Source: Balanoglossus misakiensis
Taxonomy: Eukaryota; Animalia; Hemichordata
Length of the DNA stretch: 64,000 nt
Reading direction: 5' to 3'
NCBI GenBank assembly: GCA_040954595.2
Contig: CM082584.2
Coordinates: 8,079,919-8,143,918, forward strand
The stretch's first letter is position 1. Each line of letters starts with the position of its first letter. Of the stretch, positions 55,266 to 64,000 are shown piece after piece. The position numbers and the translations under genes were made by a program. Below the pieces are notes generated by a model that was not told the DNA's origin, did no database searches, and saw nothing but the letters and a program-made list of their open reading frames with translations.

Positions 55266-57860
55266 TCACACATAACCCCTGACTTTTCGCGGAAACAAAG
55301 TTCTCTGGTAGAGGTCCTTCTCAGACATTGCATCCACGAAGGTAAATGTCGCGTTGCTAGGGGTAACTTCGATGTAGGCGAAGCCACCCAGGCTCTTGGT
55401 GTCCGCGTCGTGGAACTTCAGCGATCCTTCAGGGACGCTGCCTTTGTGTTCGGTGGACGGGTCGACCACGTGGGCGGAGCCGATGACGAAGTACTCCACG
55501 TCCGACCGGTCCTCCTTGAAATGCTGAAACGGCGAAAACGGTAGATTTATCTGTAGTTTGTTTGGTATACAGGGTTATACATGGCTGCATGATGGTAATC
55601 AAGGGGTTCGAACGCACCTGTAGATTGTGGTCATGCCCGCAGAAGTACGCAGTGGCTCCATACTTCTCCAGCTTCGGTTTCAACATTGCAACCAGTAATT
55701 CTGTGGGTCCGTGTTCGGCTATCGACCAGACGGGGTAGTGGCCCGCTACGATCAGGTAGTCACTAGTGGGAATAACAATAAAAGATATTTTTCCACATGT
55801 GACCGTTTGGTCTTTGATCATCAGCAGAGTTGTTCGTGACTGTATAATTTATTTGATGGCCACCGTCAATAATTTTATTTTCGTGGTAGTGACTGCGGTC
55901 AGTATTTTTTCAAAGACTAGTGCTCTAATCATGAATGTTGCTCAACCTTGCTTATCTCTAAAAAAAAAAAGCTATATAGTCTGTTTTTGGCTTCTTATAA
56001 GCAGTTGTCAAAACACAGCACTAAACTGCTATCACTTCATCTGGTCTGTCAAATATTTTTGACACCGGAATAGACGGGGAATTGTGCTCGGGAGTGTCGT
56101 AATGTTACCGTCACTGCAGACTGCAAACTCACTCTTTGGAAGCTTTCAAAGTGTCCTCGATCCACTGCCACTGTTTCAGCGCCCCTTTGACATCCTCCGG
56201 ACCGCCCAGGTTCGAACCAGGCGTTTCATCCAACGTGTTGCCGCAGAGCATCACGGTATCGATCATCACAAAGAGGACGGTCGCGTTGGATGACGGGACA
56301 TTGTACCTCACACTGTAGTACAGAGATGGGAAATTCCTGCAAAAGAGACAAATATATCTAACATACAATCGAGGAATACGATAGTAGAAAAAAATTGTCG
56401 ACTCCTGGTAAGAGAACGACGGACCTACTTACCATCTAGCTGACCTGTTCGTGTATTCCACCTGCGCCTGCACATTTCCGTAGTGGTCATGGTTACCTGC
56501 GATCACGTGCCACGGATTGTAGAGAGATTTGGCAGTGAACACGTTCTCGTACGTCACCTGCAAAGGATTATTGTTGATGCCTAAGTAATGCAGGTACCGT
56601 GACAGATATCGGATTCCGCTTAGATTAACATTCGCTCACGGGCAATATTCACACTTCATCTTTATCGCGTACTTCCCCTATCGCTCAGTTGCGCACCTCA
56701 TCCTCATCTGTGAGGTATGCTGTCGAAGAGATAATTTTCTACTCACGTTGAATCTCGGATCGTCGACGCTCGTAACTCCATACGAGTAGAAATTGTCCCC
56801 GAGAGCCAAAGTGAACTGCGATTGGTACAGGTCGGCTACGCCACCCATCGCCTTGGCGACAGCCACTTCAACCGGCGTCGTGAAGGGGGCTTCTCCCTGA
56901 CCACCCCAGTCACCAAGTGCCGTGAAACGCAGTGCGTTCTGGTTAGAAATAAACCCTGTAGGCAATCGGAGATGACCCGTGTTAATTATTATTATGCTGT
57001 CAATTTGAAGAGCACAATTATTCTCCTGCTCTCCTTCTCTGTATGTCTGTCTGTCCGTATATCTATCTATCTGTCTGTCTATGTCTGCTTTAAAAAATGA
57101 TGCTCTAGATTATAGCCCCACCAACACTCACTTTGGCTATTTCTAAAGTACACGTTTTTACCCTATGTATATATCAACTCCGGTTTCTTGTTTTGCTCTG
57201 CATAGCCAAAGTCGGAGTTACTGGATATTTGTTCAAATATATTTATGAGTAAAATGCCGTGCACTTTGGTCTTTAACTTTTCACATTGCATATTAAAATA
57301 TAGGTAGGTAAACGCAGACAATGGTTCATCCTGCATGGTGGACACTCTTTGCTCTCGAAACTTCACAACTGAAACTGTCCGTCTTGTCGTGAACAGCTAT
57401 TAGAGCTGTGTGGCGAAAGGGGTGTGGCCAATTAATCAAAACCGTTTAGAAAGATCATGGCGTTACTTAACAGGCTAATCACCATGTTAACGCGCACGCA
57501 GCCATGAAATGGGAATAGGCCTAGGCCTATAGCAAAACCCTTCTTATTCTGTTCTGTATCACGGCCTGCCTCATCCAAGATAGTGAAATAATAATGAGCC
57601 AAGCTCGCTCGTCCTTGACGGTGACCCCACCAGCGAGGTCACAGATTCAGTCACAGTGTTTGAGTACACACGCATACTAGTTTAAAGGCTGTATCATGAT
57701 TTCATATGCTATAGGTTTCATTAGTAATAGTATAAGCACTGCGACACAGTCATTGCTTTCTTGTTTGTTGCTATAGGTTTCGGTTTTTGACCCAGTTAAG
57801 TCACTTACCGTCGGCGACCAAACACGACGAGGATATTAACATGAAAATGAATGTGAGCAT
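55266..57860 (-). CDS. ACP5: Tartrate-resistant / purple acid phosphatase type 5-like, copy 2
   Basis: Signal exon [17 protein letters not shown]; [10 protein letters not shown]; ALGDNFY; [10 protein letters not shown]; [13 protein letters not shown]; [10 protein letters not shown]; SLGGFAY. Same exon structure as copy 1. Confidence 0.9.
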
Positions 57861-59077
57861 TTCTTCCTGCGGCTGAAATTGTCGCGTGTCGTGGCGCAGA
57901 AGAACGCAAAGTGGCCACATATACTGGTCAGAGGGCTGCTATCGGGATCACCTGTACCCGTGGTTGACTTAGAGTAATAGTGCACGAACCGTGTTTTAAG
58001 TCATGCACTATGTACATTGTACTATACAAAACAAACCCTGTCTTCTCCTTTATCCTCGTTCGCAGTGCATAGTTTGAAAACCAAACGATTTCTGTAATCA
58101 CCGCAACGTTAACTTCTGCCGTGCGCCATTATACCATCAGATCACCTATCTTGTAAGTGATTATAAATACATTGTATTTAACTGGTATTTTAATCGATGC
58201 GAAACGTGACGTATTCTCATTTACTTCAACAGCCTGGACCAGGCACGTGCCGCCTCTCATTGTGACGCACGCTGTATGCCCGACAAGTCACGTCGGTGTA
58301 AAACGACCGTGTGTGTATGATCCTAGTTTACCAATATGAAAAGCGCGTGGTCGTTCGACTCTGTATTTAATTCTTTTAAGTGGCAAAACGCTTTAGTAAT
58401 TATACATTACCATACACGATAATGATATAAATGGACAAAAATTTCATTTCAAATACTTCATAGATTTCATATAACCCAGACAAGCTGAGCTTTCCCTATC
58501 TGACCCGGCCGACCTGATGGGAGCTCACTTTAATTGCGGTCGTGCAGCCAGCGATGGTGGACTCCTGGCGACATCGGAAACCGGGAAAAAACCGCCACGT
58601 TTAACCAGTACACTTTTTTTACATTTTACTGTAGACATACTTTTGCCACCCCAACTTTAGGGACTAAAAATTGCTTTTGAGTTAACAAAAATGCAGTTTC
58701 AAGCTCTTTAAATTAAGATATTTTCTAACAAACCCACCCATTCATTTTTCAGTCAATAGTTTATTCTGTCAAAAACTCATCACTCTGCAGGGATTCACAT
58801 TTCTGTGGGCACACAACTACTGTATTGGATTTACACAGAGACCACAATTGTCAGCAGCAGTCCTCTTTGAGGTACGACTCTTTTATTGTCATAACTTCAC
58901 TTGGAGTCTTTATGTTTTCTGATAAATTAAAATGCCTTTATTTACACGTGGCTGTCACCTTTTGATACAAGCCTGTTGCAAGTGATCTGTCCACGCCAGG
59001 TTTTTTTTTCTCATTTTAAAAAGCAAAACAAGTCTGACTGAAATCCACCTTTCAAAATCCTGGTGTGACACAGCAGG

Positions 59078-61342
59078 TCATGTTTCAGGCTCCAGCGATT
59101 CCCCGCACTGATACCGCACAAAATCGACCACTTCCACCCCCTCCTCTTTCAGAAGTTCGCCGACCTTTATCGACGGGTCGAGCAGAAACTCCTGTTTGAC
59201 CATTTCCGTTTCGTCAATCGTCCAGCTCTCCGTTGATTGTGGTTGGTCTTCATCGCCCTCTGCCTGAGGTTGTTCTGAAGGAGAAACACATTGAGAAGTA
59301 CGAGTCAGTGGCCCTAAATTTGGATGGATATGTTCTGGGTTCAAACTGTTCATTAACCCTTTCACCATCATTGTCTGGTCCAAATCCATTGTTTTCTACG
59401 GTAAAATTGGACTTCTATGTAGGGAAACAGGACTGAAAGGGTTAAAGGTGGGTTTATCGAAGTACCTGAATGCTGAGCTTGTGTCATTGTCGTTTTGTTA
59501 ATTTACTAATTCATGTTTTGCAGTCAGTCAAAATCATGCCATCACTGTCATCATCATCACCACCACCACACACTACAACTCACCATTCGTCTCTTGCACT
59601 TCTTTCTTCGGCTCTGCTTTCGTCTCTTCCAGATCTTCCAGTTTCCCGATAGACGTCGGGCTCATTCCAACAATGTGCTGGCCCAGACGGCGACCAAATT
59701 CAGTTGGGTTAAAGGGCTTCCCCATGTCGGCAATCTTCTTGAACGCCACTAGGGCACCATATTTGCCGAATATACACTTGTGTTTGGAATCCTTCGAGGA
59801 CAGTGTTGAATGTACATAGTTACCTGAAGACAATGAAGTTTACAGCATGTTAGATTGTACTACAGGTTTAACCCCTTCACCCCCAGTTCCCTCTATAGAG
59901 GTCCAACTTTACATCAGCCACAGTATCAGTTGGCTTTAAAACACCTGTGATAGAATGGGAGTTTCTGATTGGTGGAAATACCTATGTATATGCAAACCTA
60001 CCTATAAATACGTCAGCAGGTGTTGACAGATACACTGCTCTCCTAATGGCTGAATTCTCTCCTAACTGACCAATCGCCAAGACTAACAACTCCTGCAAGT
60101 TTTTCTGATGCTCTGTACTTGTCATTTTGTTCAGGTCTTCACTGCCTACATCAACCTTTGGATGAAGATTGCGTAAAAATGCATGTGAATAAAATAGGTC
60201 GTTTTGAAGAAAAAAAGTATAAAACTCAAAACTGTGTGTACATCTTCACTCTGCCAGCTTTGTCCTTTCCTGGCCTGACACTGTTGGTACAAGTGGTTCA
60301 TTTTGAGAGTAAAACTGCCAAAAATATACAATGTACTGTGGTTATGTTGTTGTAAGTAACCTTACCTTTACATGATTTGAATTATCTTCATTGAGATGTT
60401 TGAAATTACTCATTGTGGCAGAAGCTACTTGTCCGACAAAATTCTGAAATTTGGAATTCTTGGCTACAAAGTCTGTTTCACAATTGACCTAAGAAAAAAA
60501 ACAGAGCAAACTATGTACATAGAGCTATGGGTAGATGGGGTTAATATAAAATTCATTGATTAACTCAGATATATGCAACGAAAGTCATTTGGTTATGGTT
60601 CAATGAGAAGTCACATACCTCCACCATAGAGGCTGAGTTCTTTTCACATAATACACCCACTAAACCTTGCGCCATGGCTCTGTGTTGTAACTTTGTGGCT
60701 TTGGCCCAGCCTTCTTTCTGCGCTTGCTCTCGTAGCCATACTTCTGCCTGCAAACGAAGATTTCCAGAAACATCAATCTACATTGCCTATCAATGATTTT
60801 ATACACTACCATTCATTATTGGTACTCAAGAACATAAAGAATATCAAACGCTGGCATTCGTACATACCTTGTCTAAATTATTTTCAAATTTATCCAATGC
60901 TTTCTTGCAATTGGCAAAAGAAAATCCGGTTTTCTTTCTCAACTTGGCAAGATTACTTTTCTTCGCCTTTGATACAGCATTCTGTATATTACCAGTGTGC
61001 AAGTATCTACCGCAAAAAGCTGTGATCATAGCTGTATAAAGAAAGACGACCCAAAAAAGCAAATCGTATTTGTTAACTAGAGTTGCACAAAATAATCATA
61101 CTTAATGGGTGGTGATTATTAGACTGACACTGGCAGTACAGGCCTTCACGTGTACTTAGTGTGATCGTGCCCTGGGACCGGTGTTTTCTCGCAGCGACAA
61201 CTTCAATCATGTTGAGTGACAACCCACATACTGATCGTTCGATTTTTAATGTTCATAGTCCGAAACACTGCAAACATACACCAGATCATTCTACAGCTCC
61301 AATCAACGTCGAATACTCACAAAAACTTCGAAAATGCAGCAT
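59078..61342 (-). CDS. TSFM: Mitochondrial elongation factor Ts
   Basis: MLHFRSF|SFCGRYLH presequence; LAKLRKKTGFSFANCKKAL; WLREQAQKEGWAKATKL; VEVNCETDFVAKN; QLGENSAIRRA; GQHIVGMSP; QEFLLDPSIKVG...DFVRYQCGE. Confidence 0.94.
59353..59445. mobile_element. ~90-bp TTAA-flanked MITE in a TSFM intron
   Basis: TTAACCCTTTCA...TGAAAGGGTTAA; a partial relative starts at ~59868. Confidence 0.65.
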
Positions 61343-63584
61343 TTTGTCAGGTTTCACGTGTGTTCTGTAATAAATTGTACGTTTGTGCGTTGAACGATTT
61401 CTCCACAGAAGATCCCCTAGCTTTTTTCATTATTCCAAAAGATTCCTTAGTATAATGGTAATTCGAAAACAAACAAACAAAAGCATTCCTCGGTTAAACT
61501 CGTGTGGCGCTGTGTAACAAACTTTTCATTTGATGGTCTTTGGGAAAGTTCTTTCATTTTTCAATAGACTTTTAAATTGTATTAGGATCCAGAATATAAA
61601 AACTTGCATGTTTGTATTATATGAATGTTTTCAACCGCTTACCATTCACAAATTTGAGTGAAGCAGTGATTTCTGCATTTTATGTTATGTGTAAACTTTC
61701 CATGTGATAAAAAAGAAAACTTGTTCTTCGAAATTGACACTGTTCCATATTTTGCTCCCTCCCCCATGACGTGGACCCGAGGCCCAATGTGTTTATGAGT
61801 GCTGCCAAAATATCCAATTTATTGAAAATTGCAACACCCTATCTTTAAAACTTTGAAAGTGCGTTTCATTTGTTCAACCCGAATTATGAATTCTATGCGA
61901 ACTTATCTTGTTTACCCTCTACTGTGCTGGCCTGGTTTGTTGTTGACATATGCGAACTTATAGTTGTCACGTTGTTGGGGTAATGATTAAATCGGATTAA
62001 ATAAACAGCATGTGCTGTATCATGTGTTTGGTAATAAATCGTTGACCATACTATTAATTTCTAGTCAGCTATGGGGTACTAAAGAGGGAAATCCCTATCA
62101 CCGCACCATTTCTTCGGTAAACAACCCCGTTTCTGAGAAATTGACGTCGATTTCGTCAAATTTACGCACGTATGACAGCATGATATCGCCGCCAAAAGCA
62201 ACCGTGGACCTCGTCCCATGTTCGGTAAGTAGGTTCAAGTATTTTTTCATACAGCATGTACTTTAAAAATGTGGACTTCGGCCTGCCGCACTACCTTGTC
62301 CTTGTGTAGTGTAGTGTGGGCTGGGCTCAACAACTTGTCGATTCATGACTACGTGTATACACGACACCCGGGCACGATGGATTTAATCTATCCAAGGGCA
62401 GTAGTTGTTCGGCGCAACCCAATCATGGCAACGCGACTGTTCGTCGTGTACAGCTAATGCGAAGCCGTCCTTGTAAAGCGTCCGAGCCATCGCTGCTACG
62501 ATTGCATAACCAATGCATATAACGGGACCTAATTTAAATAGCTGATTAGAAAGGTCACGGGGTCATCTGGTTATATAACTGTAGATTACATAATATTATA
62601 AAGCAGGCAATTGTGTTGTCTTTGGCGAATTTGAATTACACCACGTGAGACATGCAGTTTGTGGGCAGACGCTGGGTTAATCTTCTCATAGATGTTGTTG
62701 ATGTAAACAACAAGAAGATGCCGAACATGGTTCTGCTTTATTATAAGGTCAAAGGTCAATGTGAATAGGGACTAAAGATTGGCTTATCTTGTCACAATCA
62801 TCAGGATTAGTTTCACATGGGGTTGGGCCTAGATGTGAACCCAGCATAAATGGAAATGCAAGCATTTATGTTAGATCGGCAGTCAGAAATCTCACATTTT
62901 ATTCCTATATTCATGAAAAAATCATATGGATATAAATTCACTCACATAATTTCCATACATTGTAACATCCCAAAGGTTGCCACTGCCTGCCACCTTTCTT
63001 GAAAGCGGTACATTAAAATTTTAAAAAAAATTACACGCCTGGCATCAGTGACCCAGGACATTGTACCCATCACTCTTGTGAAGACATGAACGTACATGTA
63101 TGTACGTATGGTTCGGGTGGTACAATAGTCAATGTTGACCCCTTTTCTCCCACTCAGTGCATAAGGTTACGTGAGTGTATAAATCAGGGCTTGGCTTGTT
63201 ACCTTGAAGTGCTGGGTAATATATTATTAGCCGCGCCATGGACGTCCATGGTCGCGCCAATTCCGAAGTCCAACACAACATTAACAGTGATTGTTTTGGA
63301 GTGAAGAGTCAATCTCCACGTACCTGGCCCAGGGGTGTTGTGTAGCCCCGTTGTCAAATAAAGGGCAACAAATTGAAAAGCAGCGCGTGAAAGTCCTTGC
63401 CAGTGACCAGACGATACACAGTATATAGCATGATGTAAATGTATCTAGTGTTGTTACTTCGTAAATCATTTTTTTATCGTCATGTACTGGTAAAGTGACA
63501 ACTCTCTCAAACACGGACAGTGTAGTAATATCAACAAGCTCTGACTCCTACTCAGACAGACTCGTACGTAACTTGTAAGCTGTG

Positions 63585-63641
63585 TTAACCCTTTCACCCC
63601 AAGAGTGGGTGTGGACTGGACCATAGTGGTGAAAGAATTAA
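63585..63641. mobile_element. Short TTAA-flanked MITE relative
   Basis: TTAACCCTTTCACC...GGTGAAAGAATTAA. Confidence 0.5.
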
Positions 63642-64000
63642 GACATCCTTTTGGAAGTATTACAGTAGCTGTTTGTCATATTTATCATATATAAAATCAA
63701 ACTGCATTTTACCACAGAAGAGACAGAAAATAAAACAATCTGGAGAAGAAGAAAAAAGTGTACTTTTTAATATGCTGTGTCTTCTTTTTTGTTAACAGCC
63801 ATTGATTATCAATCAAATGCATGACGACGGTTTCTAAGGGAGACGTTTAATTATCCCCTTTGGGATTAGCAGAGGGGCTGGCTTTTCCCAAAGGATCTAT
63901 TATTTAGGCGCTACCCACAGGGGAAATATGCTGGCCCCAATTGGCTCTGGCATAAACGGCGGCGTGTTAGCTACTGTTATTAATTGTTGCTGCACATCTG

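Noticed and set aside
61400-64000. Short ORFs and isolated splice-like sites at the right end
   Set aside because: No recognisable protein similarity or consistent exon chain; may be the 5' region of a gene outside the window.

Overview
Eukaryotic, intron-rich animal genomic DNA (GT-AG introns, microsatellites, MITEs). The gene content suggests an invertebrate deuterostome-like animal, but the taxon cannot be established here. Left third (minus strand): a tandem cluster of secreted M28 zinc-peptidase genes. Two are single-domain genes with GPI-signal-like tails, and one appears to splice two peptidase domains together and carries a 375-bp TIR element (9-bp TSD) in its DDNGSG metal-binding motif. 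An atypical insulin-family peptide gene sits inside the cluster. Next is an orphan receptor tyrosine kinase with an unusual ectodomain (WxxW, cadherin-like, EGF, Ig, EGF, HYR). Right half: AKR oxidoreductase / DPH5 (head-to-head), an ST6GAL-like sialyltransferase, SLC30A7 / NADK2 (head-to-head), two tandem ACP5-like purple acid phosphatases, and TSFM. Repeats include a duplicated solo-LTR-like unit, TAG...CTA elements with 9-bp TSDs, TTAA-flanked MITEs and (TACA)n-tailed retroelement ends. Gene models were assembled by eye, so exon boundaries may be off by a few bases.
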